The notes: a model not told the origin generated them from the sequence alone. DNA of 64,000 bases from an uncultured archaeon (GCA_964342815.1 CAYFHS010000002.1:152790-216789); one strand, 5' to 3'. Shown: positions 18,899-29,008, counted from the first letter of the stretch. Numbers and translations are program-made.

Positions 18899-19250
18899 TA
18901 TTATTCCTACAAACAGTTATCATTTATAATTTTTGTCTTAATGTCGTATAACTAGCAAAATTGACCATTTTTGTAATATTCGAAAACCAACTGGACGTTC
19001 GATTATCATTTCTATTTATCCAACCCGCAGATAAAGATTGGCCGGTATTTTACCGACCTTGGAGACTACCGTCTCCTTTTGTAATCATTTTATTTTTTTG
19101 TCGGGCCTGCGTTTCTTGCGTCGCAGGCCCTTTAGGTAAACAAGTCGTCAATTGTCCCTATATGTCTGTTTTCAATTCGAAATAATAAACAATGTTTTTA
19201 ATCTGTTCTTCCGTTATACGTATCTCCCACAGCAGCCACCGGGTGCCAAA

Positions 19251-20954
19251 ATGAGTGAAACGATCAAAAGAATATCAAAACGATACCGCCGCGTGATTCT
19301 TTTATTCATGTTCTTCACCGGTGTATGCTCCTTTGGTTACGAGGTTCTGTTAGAGCGAGCCGTTGGAATACTCGTTGGCTCTTCATCGGTGGCAATGGGT
19401 CTCATCATATCCACGTTCATAATGGGATACCTCTCGTCGTTCTACTTCGGGAAACTGGCGGACCGCGTCGAATCCAAAAGGAAACTCGTAACCATGCTGG
19501 CAATGCTCGAGTGTCTTATCTGCATCGCCCTCGTTCTCGTGATACCCATTTCGAGATACAGTCTGCTTATCGCCGATTATCTGTCCTACCTCATTTTCTT
19601 CTATTACCTGGATTACTACTACGTGCTTCTCATTACAATAGGCCTCATAGCCCTGATCGTTCCGCTTCTCATGGGCGCGGAGATACCCATTGCCATGAAG
19701 CTTATGGCCTGGGCCGAGAGGGAGGAAGGCCGCGACACCTACGGGGATGTGGGAAAGATATCCGGGAAAATATTCACAGTGGACAGTCTCGGCGCCGGGC
19801 TGGGCGGCCTGCTGACCGCTCTCTTCTTCATACCGTTCCTGGGGAGAACCTATACATCCCTTTTACTGGCCCTTACCACCCTCTGCGCGGGAATGATTCT
19901 TCTTTTTACCCATCAGTGGTACGTTCGCCGCATGGGGTTGGACCGCATACCCGCCGATTTGAAAAAGAATAAAAAAGCACACTACCTCCGGCGGAAGCGG
20001 ACCACAGCCCCCTACAAGATCGCTGTGGTCATCCTCTTCGTGATCCTCCTGATACTGGCAAACATGTCCGAGATCGAGGAAAGATCCATCGACAGGTTCT
20101 ACGGCGGGAACGTTTTATTCCATAAGGACAGCAAGTACCAGGAGATAGTGATCACCCATCACGAACCTGAGGGAACCACACTCTATCTCAACGGGCAGCT
20201 TCAGATAAGCGAGCTTGACGACGCCATGTATCACGAGTTCCTGATCCATCCTGCTCTTGTAACTCATCCGGCTCCCAGGAAGGTTCTCGTTATAGGGGGG
20301 GGCGACGGTGGCGCGGTAGAGGAGATACTGAAACACGATACCGTAATGGAAATAACCTTCGTGGAGCTGGACATCGAAGTTATTAATGTATGCAAGAAAT
20401 ATTTGAAGTCCATCAACGACAACTGTTTCAACGATCCCCGTGTAGACGTGAAGATCACAGACGGCAGGATATTCGTGAGAGACTACGAAGGAGAGAAGTT
20501 CGACGTGGTGGTGGGCGATCTGCCGGACCCCGATACCGAAGCGGTTGCAATGCTGTACACCACCGAGTTCTTCGGGGACGTGAAGAACGTGTTGAAAGAG
20601 GATGGAATATTCGTTTTGCAATCCTGCTCCTGGTTCGAGTATCCGAAGATAACCATGTCCATAGTGGAGACGCTCCACTCGGTCTTTTCGGAGGTCGACC
20701 TTTACCTGTATAACGTGTGGACATACGGCCCTTGGAGTTCAGCCGTGGGATCCGAGAAACTTATACCAAGTAACATGTCCTCGAAAGATATCGATTTTAT
20801 ATTGAACGAGCGCACGGTAACTACGGAATATTACAACGGGGACACCCACAATGCGTCTTTTTCCATGAGCAAGAATCCTTTCCTTGAAAGCGCCCGTAAA
20901 GACGCCAGGATATCGACTATTGACCGACCAATACTGCAGAACCCGTGGGAGTGA
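19251..20954 (+). CDS. speE: membrane-domain (MFS-like) fused spermidine synthase / polyamine aminopropyltransferase
   Basis: N-terminal ~7 TM; SKYQEI, LYLNGQLQ, YHEFLIHP, VLVIGGGDGG, VELD, DGR, DLPDP, LYTTEFF. Probable ATG at 19251 (track 19152). Confidence 0.85.
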   Translation: MSETIKRISKRYRRVILLFMFFTGVCSFGYEVLLERAVGILVGSSSVAMGLIISTFIMGYLSSFYFGKLADRVESKRKLVTMLAMLECLICIALVLVIPISRYSLLIADYLSYLIFFYYLDYYYVLLITIGLIALIVPLLMGAEIPIAMKLMAWAEREEGRDTYGDVGKISGKIFTVDSLGAGLGGLLTALFFIPFLGRTYTSLLLALTTLCAGMILLFTHQWYVRRMGLDRIPADLKKNKKAHYLRRKRTTAPYKIAVVILFVILLILANMSEIEERSIDRFYGGNVLFHKDSKYQEIVITHHEPEGTTLYLNGQLQISELDDAMYHEFLIHPALVTHPAPRKVLVIGGGDGGAVEEILKHDTVMEITFVELDIEVINVCKKYLKSINDNCFNDPRVDVKITDGRIFVRDYEGEKFDVVVGDLPDPDTEAVAMLYTTEFFGDVKNVLKEDGIFVLQSCSWFEYPKITMSIVETLHSVFSEVDLYLYNVWTYGPWSSAVGSEKLIPSNMSSKDIDFILNERTVTTEYYNGDTHNASFSMSKNPFLESARKDARISTIDRPILQNPWE

Positions 20955-22687
20955 TGAGCTTGAAGGATGCCGAGAACGGACAAAGGGATTTGAGACCATT
21001 CATCTGCCTGGTCATGTTCATCACAGGGTTCGTCTCTTTCGGTTACGAGGTGGTGATGCAGGCATTGGCAGTGGTTTATCTGGGTTCGTCGAACATCAGT
21101 ATGGGCGTGGTAATATCAATGTTCATTCTGGGTTATCTTACGAGCATTCTGTTCGGAATGTGGGTGGATCGTTTGAAAGTGACGAAATACCTGATTCTTC
21201 TGTTCATGGCAATAGAGCTTCTAGTTGGAATTTTCATCATTTTCATGGGAGATTTCGTCAGTTCCGCCCCAATCATTGCAGAGTGGTTCGCCGATCTTCC
21301 GCTTCTCGGCGGTTTATCCTATTATACCTACCTTCTAATCGTGGTGGCCTTCATGGCCGGTATTGTCCCTGCGCTCATGGGGGGTGAGCTGCCAATCGCC
21401 ATGAAGATACTTTCCGGAATCTCCTCCAATGCCTACAAGGACATCGGAAAGAACACTGGTACCATTTTCGCTCTGGATTCACTGGGCTCGGCATTGGGCG
21501 GCGTTTTCACCGCGATGTTTCTGCTTGAGAATCTCGGAAAGAACGATGCAGCCCTCGTGGTGGGATTAGTTTCTCTTTTCGTGGTTTTATTGTTTGGAAT
21601 ACTGTATATGACCTACGGCAAGAGACCAGCGTTAACGAGACAATGGCCAAGAATTCGCCGCCTGAGGACAGTGGTGAAGGAGCGACGGCGGGCTATAATC
21701 TGGTTTCTCGTCATTGGCACCATCCTGTCCACCCTTTTGGTGAATCTCGCACCCATAAAATACGGCGGACAGCAGGAGAATTACCCCGGAGTAGTGATCC
21801 ATTACCAGGAAACGCCGTACAACACCATTGCGGTAAGCGAGCATATGGAACTGGATTTCACCATGTATCAGAACTCGAAACTTGTTCTTTCGCAAAGGGA
21901 CCATTTTCAGTTGTACGAGCCCATGGTGCACGTACCCCTTATGAACATGCAAACCCCTGAACGTGTTCTGTTGCTTGGCGGTGGCAACGGCGGAGCCCTC
22001 TCGGAAGTGCTGAAGCATCCTTCGGTAATGGAGGTTACCGTGGTGGAGGTGGATCCTGCCATGGTGAAGGTCTCAAAGGAATATTTCTCGACGCTTCTCA
22101 ACTCTCCATTCGACGACCCGCGTGTGGAAGTGGTAAAAGAGATGCCGAGGGATTATCTTATTCGTTACGAGGATGATACTTCACAGGATGGAGGGAATAC
22201 CGGCGAGGCGTTAAAGTACGACTGTATATTCATCGATCTCATGGAGCCGCGGACCCTTGACCGGGCAATGAATTATACGGTGGAGTTCTACGATAACGTT
22301 TCACAGGTTCTGGCGGAGGATGGATTGGTAATAACTCATGCTTCTTCGCCTGTTCTCAGCCCGGAAAGCTGCGTTGTGATAAGGAACAGTATGACGCAGG
22401 CTTTCGGCTCGGCCCGTCTGTTCGGTACCGATTCGTGGTCCCACGGCCCCTATCTGTTCTCCATGGGATGGGCAGGCCGGGAACCCCAAGATGAGATGGA
22501 TCGGATAGAGGAAAATTTCGCCAATCTTACGGGGAAGACCAAGTTCTACACGCCTGTAAATCATCCGGCGTATTGGTTAAACGCCCGCACGAATATCATA
22601 ATTAAAGAGCTTGAGAAAACCGTGGTTTCCACCGATAACGAACCCTATCTGGAGATATTGGATGTGGAAAAAGTGGAATACTGGTGA
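20954..22687 (+). CDS. second membrane-fused spermidine synthase-like paralog with altered catalytic motifs
   Basis: Same architecture, TGATG overlap with the first gene. Motifs read GGGNGG, EMPRDY and DLMEP. Confidence 0.85.
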   Translation: MSLKDAENGQRDLRPFICLVMFITGFVSFGYEVVMQALAVVYLGSSNISMGVVISMFILGYLTSILFGMWVDRLKVTKYLILLFMAIELLVGIFIIFMGDFVSSAPIIAEWFADLPLLGGLSYYTYLLIVVAFMAGIVPALMGGELPIAMKILSGISSNAYKDIGKNTGTIFALDSLGSALGGVFTAMFLLENLGKNDAALVVGLVSLFVVLLFGILYMTYGKRPALTRQWPRIRRLRTVVKERRRAIIWFLVIGTILSTLLVNLAPIKYGGQQENYPGVVIHYQETPYNTIAVSEHMELDFTMYQNSKLVLSQRDHFQLYEPMVHVPLMNMQTPERVLLLGGGNGGALSEVLKHPSVMEVTVVEVDPAMVKVSKEYFSTLLNSPFDDPRVEVVKEMPRDYLIRYEDDTSQDGGNTGEALKYDCIFIDLMEPRTLDRAMNYTVEFYDNVSQVLAEDGLVITHASSPVLSPESCVVIRNSMTQAFGSARLFGTDSWSHGPYLFSMGWAGREPQDEMDRIEENFANLTGKTKFYTPVNHPAYWLNARTNIIIKELEKTVVSTDNEPYLEILDVEKVEYW

Positions 22688-22790
22688 AACTTTTATCTAA
22701 TTGAATCACAACTTTATTTTCATGAACGTACCAAAATAGATATATATATTCTAGAAAGGTATCTTAACCCTATATCAGTAATATACAAAG

Positions 22791-24086
22791 ATGCAAAGGG
22801 TGATGAAAATGAATAATTTATATAACATTCTTGGAGTTATATTGCTCGCCTCCACGGTGCTGACAGCAGGCTGTCTTGACGATAATGGGACCGATGAAAA
22901 TTCAAATTTACCTCCCGATTCGACAGGTGATTCCATCGTATTGGGAGGATTGAACGAGTTTATCAACAGCACTAATGAATTTTCTTTCAATATGTATCAG
23001 GAACTGACAGAGGGGAATGAAAATGTCTTCTTTTCACCTTACAGCATTACTACGGCACTTGGCATGGCATACGAGGGGGCCCGGGGTGAGACGGCTGCGG
23101 AGATGGAACAGGTATTGGAAATCCCGAAAGATAGGCAAACAAGACTGGATATGATGAAAGAGTACCAGAGTATATTCAATAAAAAAGGTCCTTCATACAA
23201 TCTGTCCACCGCAAATTCCTATTGGCTGAGAGAGGGCGGGTCGCTCAAGCAAGAATATAAAGATGCCATCGAGAACTACTATCTGGCTCATGGAGAAGAA
23301 CTGGACTTTGCTGGAGATCCTGCGGGTTCCGTGGATACCATAAACGAATGGGTGGAAGGGGAGACAAATGAAAAGATAAAAGACCTTCTTTCGGTACAGG
23401 ACATCGATTACATGACATATCTGGTACTGACCAATGCCATATATTTCAAATCCGACTGGAAATACCAGTTTGATGAAAGTGCAACGGAAAATATGGATTT
23501 TCACCTGTCGGATGGAACGGATATTACGACAGATATGATGCGGATGTGCGATGAAGACATCGACCTTAAGTATTCAAGCAATTCCGAAGTACAGCTTCTT
23601 CAGCTACCCTACGAGAATAATGAAATATCCATGTATGTAATGCTTCCAAAAGAGAATGATATCGGCACAGTTTCTTCAAAGCTAGATATTTCGTATTTGA
23701 ACACCCTGAAGAGCGATTTAACAGCCAAGTATATCGATCTGTATCTTCCAAAATTCAAGTTAGAGGAAAAATATAGACTGAAAAAGAATCTCAAAAACAT
23801 GGGAATGTCCACAGCTTTCACTTCGAATGCGGATTTCTCGGGAATTAACAACGCCGGTTTGTTCATCACAAAAGTTATTCATCAATCATTCATAGAGGTT
23901 AATGAAGAGGGCACGGAGGCGGCAGCAGCCACTGCAGTTATAATGGGGAATTTCTCAGCTGGTTCAGCTCCCGATCCAATTCAATTCAAGGCAGATCGCC
24001 CTTTTATGTTTATAATAGAACACAAAGAGAGCGGCCAGATTCTATTCATGGGAAAAGTAGAAGATCCTACGGGCGAACTCGGGTGA
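22791..24086 (+). CDS. serpin family lipoprotein (predicted inhibitory)
   Basis: Lipobox-like LTAGC; NVFFSPYSI, LTNAIYFKSDW, LYLPKFKL, hinge EEGTEAAAAT, FKADRPFMF. Probable ATG at 22809 after GGTGAT. Confidence 0.95.
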   Translation: MQRVMKMNNLYNILGVILLASTVLTAGCLDDNGTDENSNLPPDSTGDSIVLGGLNEFINSTNEFSFNMYQELTEGNENVFFSPYSITTALGMAYEGARGETAAEMEQVLEIPKDRQTRLDMMKEYQSIFNKKGPSYNLSTANSYWLREGGSLKQEYKDAIENYYLAHGEELDFAGDPAGSVDTINEWVEGETNEKIKDLLSVQDIDYMTYLVLTNAIYFKSDWKYQFDESATENMDFHLSDGTDITTDMMRMCDEDIDLKYSSNSEVQLLQLPYENNEISMYVMLPKENDIGTVSSKLDISYLNTLKSDLTAKYIDLYLPKFKLEEKYRLKKNLKNMGMSTAFTSNADFSGINNAGLFITKVIHQSFIEVNEEGTEAAAATAVIMGNFSAGSAPDPIQFKADRPFMFIIEHKESGQILFMGKVEDPTGELG

Positions 24087-24104
24087 AACTGGCTAATAAT
24101 GCAG

Positions 24105-24172
24105 TTGCCCATGGGCAAGGGGCATGAAAAATTTTAGCGGATATCGATAGGATCCAAATCTTGATCCGCTAA
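24105..24172. terminator. palindrome/hairpins between convergent genes (possible terminator region)
   Basis: Perfect 14-bp palindrome ttgcccatgggcaa (24105-24118) and stem ttagcggat/atccgctaa (24134-24172). Confidence 0.3.
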
Positions 24173-24212
24173 GTCAGGACCTTTCACGAGGAGCGGTTGA
24201 AATTCGTTTAGC

Positions 24213-24632
24213 CTACTCATCGATGTAAAAATGGAATTTGTTTTTAACCCTCTCAGCTCTTATGAGTCCTATCTTTATGAGCTTGTTCATGTGGTAGATG
24301 ATGGCCTGGCGGGTCTTTCCGAATTTGTCCACGAGGTCCATGTACGTGGCGCCAGGACGTTTCCTGATGAAATCGCAGGTCTCCTTTTGTCTCGGAGTTA
24401 TCGGTTCGGGGATCTTATCGCCTTTCATGGATATGGGATAGAATCTTTTCCAGTATCCATTATATACCGCAAAGATCTTTTCGGTTTCGGTAAGCTTCAA
24501 AATGTGGTAAGTAAGCCTCCCTGAAGATAATTCCAAGCGTTTGAGTATATAGCTGAAATGACATCCAGGGTTTCTTTTGATATATGACAGGATCTTCGCC
24601 CTTACTTTTTTTGAAATATCGAATCGGTTCAT
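24213..24632 (-). CDS. double winged helix-turn-helix transcriptional regulator
   Basis: ILSYIKRNPGCHF...LSSGRLTYHILKL and a second unit FIRKRPGATY...TRQAIIYHMNKL. Confidence 0.85.
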   Translation of the reverse strand: MNRFDISKKVRAKILSYIKRNPGCHFSYILKRLELSSGRLTYHILKLTETEKIFAVYNGYWKRFYPISMKGDKIPEPITPRQKETCDFIRKRPGATYMDLVDKFGKTRQAIIYHMNKLIKIGLIRAERVKNKFHFYIDE

Positions 24633-24814
24633 CTTGATACCTCCATATTTTCAGCAGTCCATTTTCCTTTTATAAAATTTTCTATTAGAATATGCTTTAG
24701 CGAAAATTTTTGCTCTGGAACGAGTCCGGACGAAAAAACCTCGTTCAAGTGCAATAACTGATTTTCCTGTATTGGATAAATGGCTAAATGTAGGGGAGTT
24801 TTTTTAAAATAAAT

Positions 24815-26782
24815 TCATTCCCCGATTCCCAGTTTCGCCACTATCTCGTCGTGTTCCTTCTGTGTTATGTTGAGCTTGTTACGGAGGACGCTCAGCGCCC
24901 TTTTCTCCGTCTCAGTGATCTGCTTATCCTGCCACATGGCCTCGAAGGTTGCCTCGTAGGCGGATATTCGTGCAGCGTATTCCTGCTCGTATTTCGCCAG
25001 TGTCGGGAATAGCTTGTTGAATAGTTTCTTGATGTAGTTTATCATGGGCATGAACGATATGGAAACGATGAGAGCCGATATGATGTTCGAAAGCAGCTCG
25101 GATACCTTGGGCAGCAGTTTACCTATGACGAATTCCAGAGATTCTCCCACCACCGTGAAGAGCATTGCTATCATGAGAACGATCATGGAGTATGTCAAGC
25201 TCTTCTTGATTATCAACTGGATATCCATCAGGTTGTATTTCAGCACTGCCACAGCAAAGAACAACGATATTACCAGCGTCAGAAGGCTGTCCCATAATAT
25301 TGGCAGCCATGCCAGCCCCAGAACTTCCGGCAGAATGGGTCCCAGAAGAATCATGAGCACTATTAGAAGCAATCCGACGATCATGAACTTGATCTGTTTT
25401 CTGAATCTTGGGTTTCGCTTTACCAGGTACTTCTTGAAAAAGAAACCCAGTGTCGATATAATGTAGATAAAGAAAGCGAGAACCAGGACTGTGTAGAGCG
25501 GTCCGGGGATATAGACGAAATTCTTGTATGGTTCATTGGTTTTTACCCAGGTGATATGATCAAAGTCAGGGTCCCATTGGCCGTTCCCGTTATCGAGGTA
25601 GATATCCTCGCCGTCATTGTAAGTCCCATTTCCTTTTTTCGAGTTATCGAGCCAGAATATGTGTGCGTGATTGGACGCATTCTTGAGAGGGATCCACGAA
25701 ATATTCGAATCCGACAAATTATCTCCGCTCTTGGCAAACGACGTGTTGAAGATAATGATGGTATTATTGCCGTTCTCGTACATCAAAGGCTCAGGTTCGG
25801 CTCCTTTTTTGGAAAAACCGTATTTCCCGTTCCCGTCGAGATCTCTCCAAAACCAGTGGACCAGGTCTTCGGTTTTATACAACGCCCGGTAAACATCGGT
25901 TGTATAGTCCGCTGAACCGGTTGTGGCGTAGCTCAATTTCGTTTTCGTTCCGTTTACAAACTTGTCGGTAGTATTCATGGACGCAGGTAAATACTCGAAT
26001 TTCCCATCCCCATTATCGAGGTATACGTTTTTACTCTCGAAGGCTCCTTCATCATCGTTCCAATCGAATTCAAGCAGGAACAACCGCTGGTGATTTGAAG
26101 CATTCTCGATACTCGTCCATTCCACCTCTCCACCACCCGCCTGGGAATCGTTGTTATCTGTGAAATCCGCATAGCTGAAATTGACCAGCTCCATGGAGTT
26201 ATTTCCGTCAACCACAATCATGGGTTCGGGGACGGTACCGTTATTTCCAAAGCTGTAATTGCCGTCCCCGTCGTAATCCCGAAAGTACCAATGTGTTAGG
26301 TTTTCGTCGGATCCGTTGCCAAAAAGCATACCGTACCTCGAGAGTCCCCCGTCTGCATCAATGATCTTATCGGGCTGAACCACGGGTCTTGCGGTGAAAA
26401 AAAGTGTAGTTGAAAGGATAAGCACTCCGATGATGATCGGAGGGATGTACAGTAAGTACATGGAGTGTGAGGTCTTGCTGTTTTTTTTTTGAGTATGGCT
26501 TTCCTTCCGACTTCTCCGGGCATAAGCAACGGAAAAATGTAACAAGGTGATGGGGATAAGAACGAAACCGACATTTGCCATCTTCGAACCTACGATGGCA
26601 ATGGTGTTACTGCTGGTCAGCTGCAGAAGAAACTCGCCAAAAGACCAGAAACTGCAAGATAGCATAAGTAAAAAGAAAACCCTGCTCGCTCTATCCCGGA
26701 AGTTCTTTTTCAGGACGTATATTCCAAGGGTAAGGCTAGCGACGCCTGCGATGAATGTCGGTATTACTATGGGAGTGGCCAT
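24815..26782 (-). CDS. HisKA_7TM-like membrane sensor with duplicated extracellular insert and no kinase domain
   Basis: 7TM pattern (..SFWSFGEFL..IPITLLHFS..GPLY..FAVAVLKYNLMDI) plus 2 further TM; insert with two HW..RD.DG.G.Y.F units; short helical C-terminus. Confidence 0.75.
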   Translation of the reverse strand: MATPIVIPTFIAGVASLTLGIYVLKKNFRDRASRVFFLLMLSCSFWSFGEFLLQLTSSNTIAIVGSKMANVGFVLIPITLLHFSVAYARRSRKESHTQKKNSKTSHSMYLLYIPPIIIGVLILSTTLFFTARPVVQPDKIIDADGGLSRYGMLFGNGSDENLTHWYFRDYDGDGNYSFGNNGTVPEPMIVVDGNNSMELVNFSYADFTDNNDSQAGGGEVEWTSIENASNHQRLFLLEFDWNDDEGAFESKNVYLDNGDGKFEYLPASMNTTDKFVNGTKTKLSYATTGSADYTTDVYRALYKTEDLVHWFWRDLDGNGKYGFSKKGAEPEPLMYENGNNTIIIFNTSFAKSGDNLSDSNISWIPLKNASNHAHIFWLDNSKKGNGTYNDGEDIYLDNGNGQWDPDFDHITWVKTNEPYKNFVYIPGPLYTVLVLAFFIYIISTLGFFFKKYLVKRNPRFRKQIKFMIVGLLLIVLMILLGPILPEVLGLAWLPILWDSLLTLVISLFFAVAVLKYNLMDIQLIIKKSLTYSMIVLMIAMLFTVVGESLEFVIGKLLPKVSELLSNIISALIVSISFMPMINYIKKLFNKLFPTLAKYEQEYAARISAYEATFEAMWQDKQITETEKRALSVLRNKLNITQKEHDEIVAKLGIGE

Positions 26783-27069
26783 TGATACCCTCTCTGTTCA
26801 AACGATCTGTAATAATAGTGTTGCATTTGGCTCTTGACCTTTCGATAACGAATATCCATATTTAAAGGTATTTTGTAATAATCTATATTGGAAAGGATTG
26901 TCAGCTCGCCAAAATCATCCTCTTACATCCCCGTTTCCGCTTCACTTTTCTCTCCTTTTTTTCATCATTTAGGAAATACGGACCATGCCCACTTTGTTCC
27001 GCAGAATCAGAGATACTGCTGCACCTTCGATTTCCCTTGGAAATCTGCTGGGCCAGTCGATTTTTTTCG

Positions 27070-27831
27070 TCAATCGCGAGAACTGTACCCCCTCTTTTTT
27101 TGGGCTGCTTTTTCCAAAAAAGTAGTTTTGGGCCGCTTTTTGGCAGGATTTGGGGTGGGAGGGTCTAATAAGTGGTATTTCATAAGGATCGAGGGATTTT
27201 TACGTAACTCGATTATCCTTTTTTGCATCCTGCGGGTGCTGGCAAGCAGGCTTTTCTGCTGTTTCTTTATCTTCCCCACTGGCGTTTCCATGATTTCTTT
27301 TAAATCGGCGAGAAACTGCTCACCGGTCCTGGGAGGTGGTCCGGTGCTTCCTACCCTCTCCCTTATCTTTCCTATGTATGAATCGAACCGTGCGCTCCAT
27401 GCCCTCCCCTCCAGCCCGAAAAGAGCCAGATACATGTCTATCCTCAGCGCCTGGTAGTACTTGAATCCCTGAATGGAGGAACCGTCCTTTTTCATCTCTT
27501 TATCGAAGAGAGCATAAGTCCTCTGAATGAAATTCCAGTAGAATTTTTTAAAACGATAACCCTTTTCAAGATATTCCAGCAGCTCTTCTCGAAATCCTTC
27601 GAGTCCTTCAGGAGCAAGGTCCCCCTGTATCTCGAGATATGCTATCTTCTGGATCGGAAAGTGTATATTGAATTCTTTAAGCCCTTTTATAACCCTGGGT
27701 ATCAGTTCTTCCAGGGGTTCCAGTACCCTCTTCCGGATATGTGTTTCAGGGTCAGGTTCCGGGTTTTCCATAACTTCTTTTTCTACCATAAAAGACCTAC
27801 CAGCCGTTCTCCCAGAGAAGCGGCATTGCAC
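27070..27831 (-). CDS. hypothetical protein
   Basis: 253-aa ORF co-oriented with and overlapping the upstream gene. No motif recognised; start uncertain. Confidence 0.55.
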   Translation of the reverse strand: MQCRFSGRTAGRSFMVEKEVMENPEPDPETHIRKRVLEPLEELIPRVIKGLKEFNIHFPIQKIAYLEIQGDLAPEGLEGFREELLEYLEKGYRFKKFYWNFIQRTYALFDKEMKKDGSSIQGFKYYQALRIDMYLALFGLEGRAWSARFDSYIGKIRERVGSTGPPPRTGEQFLADLKEIMETPVGKIKKQQKSLLASTRRMQKRIIELRKNPSILMKYHLLDPPTPNPAKKRPKTTFLEKAAQKKRGYSSRD

Positions 27832-28978
27832 GGTTCAATTCTTTTAGTTTTCCCAAATCACTCAGTACCGAAGGGGCCGTTAGTAATCCGAGCCATAGTT
27901 TCCACACAGAAAGACCGCCGCGTTTTCGCGATCTGGCAGCTCTGCCCAGGAGGTCGAGTGCTTTCTCCGTCAATCCGTACAGTGAATTCGCACCGTGACG
28001 TAATAGAGATGACTGTGATGGGTGCGAAAGCATGTTAGTTTCGTATTTTTTTAACTCTGAATAGTCATCCTCATTCTCTTTTTTATTATTAAAATATCTC
28101 CCCACGGCATCCGCTGCGATTTTTGCACTCAGCATCCCGCTGTAGTTCCCTGCAAAGTTCATGGGATTTACGAGAGAACCGCTTTCTCCAAGCAGCAGTA
28201 TTCTGTTGTAAACCAATTTTTTCACCGGGCCATTGCATGGGATCCTGCCTCCTGTGACATTATTGGACTCTGGAAAACTTCGGTGGTGATGACCAATAAG
28301 ATTTCTCAGAGAACGTGCGGGATTCCCCCGGCACACTGCGCCCACCTGTACGTTTTGACCCATTGGAAAGACCCATGCATAGCCGCCCGGCAGGATCTTC
28401 GGGTGGAAGATGAAATTTGCATATACATAATCCTCCTGAGAGACTCCTATCCAACGCGGGTCGAATTCTTCACTGGGATACAGAAACCTCACTGCACCCA
28501 GTGTGGGTACGGTTTCGAGACCGAGATATGAATGCACTGGTGAGGAAATACCGCTGCAGTCAACCATCACCTCGCATCGATATTTTCCTTTACTCGAGCG
28601 CAGGAGGTACTTTCCGCTTTCTTCCATTTCAACGGAGATTATCCGTTCGTCCCTAAAAAAGCGAACTCCTGCCTGCTCGGCCTTTCCTGCAAGATATGAT
28701 ACCAATAGATCCTTCTTCAGGATGTAACCCCTGCTCGCATTATTATAATATCTGAAATGAGAAGGTGTAACGAAGCAAATCCCTTCAAGTCGGCTCACAA
28801 CAAATTCCTCACGTAACGGGATTCCTGAGGATATAAAAGAGTTCTTAGAAAATCCGCAACCGCACCTCACCGGACGCCCCAGTACTGGATTCCTCTCGAA
28901 CACAGCCACATCCAGGCCGGTTTTTCTTATCTTGAACGCAAATGCCGCTCCCGTTATGCCGCAACCTATGACCGCCAC
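27797..28978 (-). CDS. geranylgeranyl reductase-family FAD oxidoreductase (divergent)
   Basis: AVIGCGITG Rossmann motif, PVRCGCG, YAWVFP. GGAGG lies 8 nt before the GTG start. Confidence 0.8.
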   Translation of the reverse strand: MAVIGCGITGAAFAFKIRKTGLDVAVFERNPVLGRPVRCGCGFSKNSFISSGIPLREEFVVSRLEGICFVTPSHFRYYNNASRGYILKKDLLVSYLAGKAEQAGVRFFRDERIISVEMEESGKYLLRSSKGKYRCEVMVDCSGISSPVHSYLGLETVPTLGAVRFLYPSEEFDPRWIGVSQEDYVYANFIFHPKILPGGYAWVFPMGQNVQVGAVCRGNPARSLRNLIGHHHRSFPESNNVTGGRIPCNGPVKKLVYNRILLLGESGSLVNPMNFAGNYSGMLSAKIAADAVGRYFNNKKENEDDYSELKKYETNMLSHPSQSSLLRHGANSLYGLTEKALDLLGRAARSRKRGGLSVWKLWLGLLTAPSVLSDLGKLKELNRAMPLLWENGW

Positions 28979-29008
28979 CGCATGTTCCTCCAGAAATGCG
29001 TCCCCCTT

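Noticed and set aside
26888-27130. Programmed frameshift extending ORF 27070-27831 at A/G homopolymers
   Set aside because: The alternative-frame extensions are short and show no recognisable protein features.
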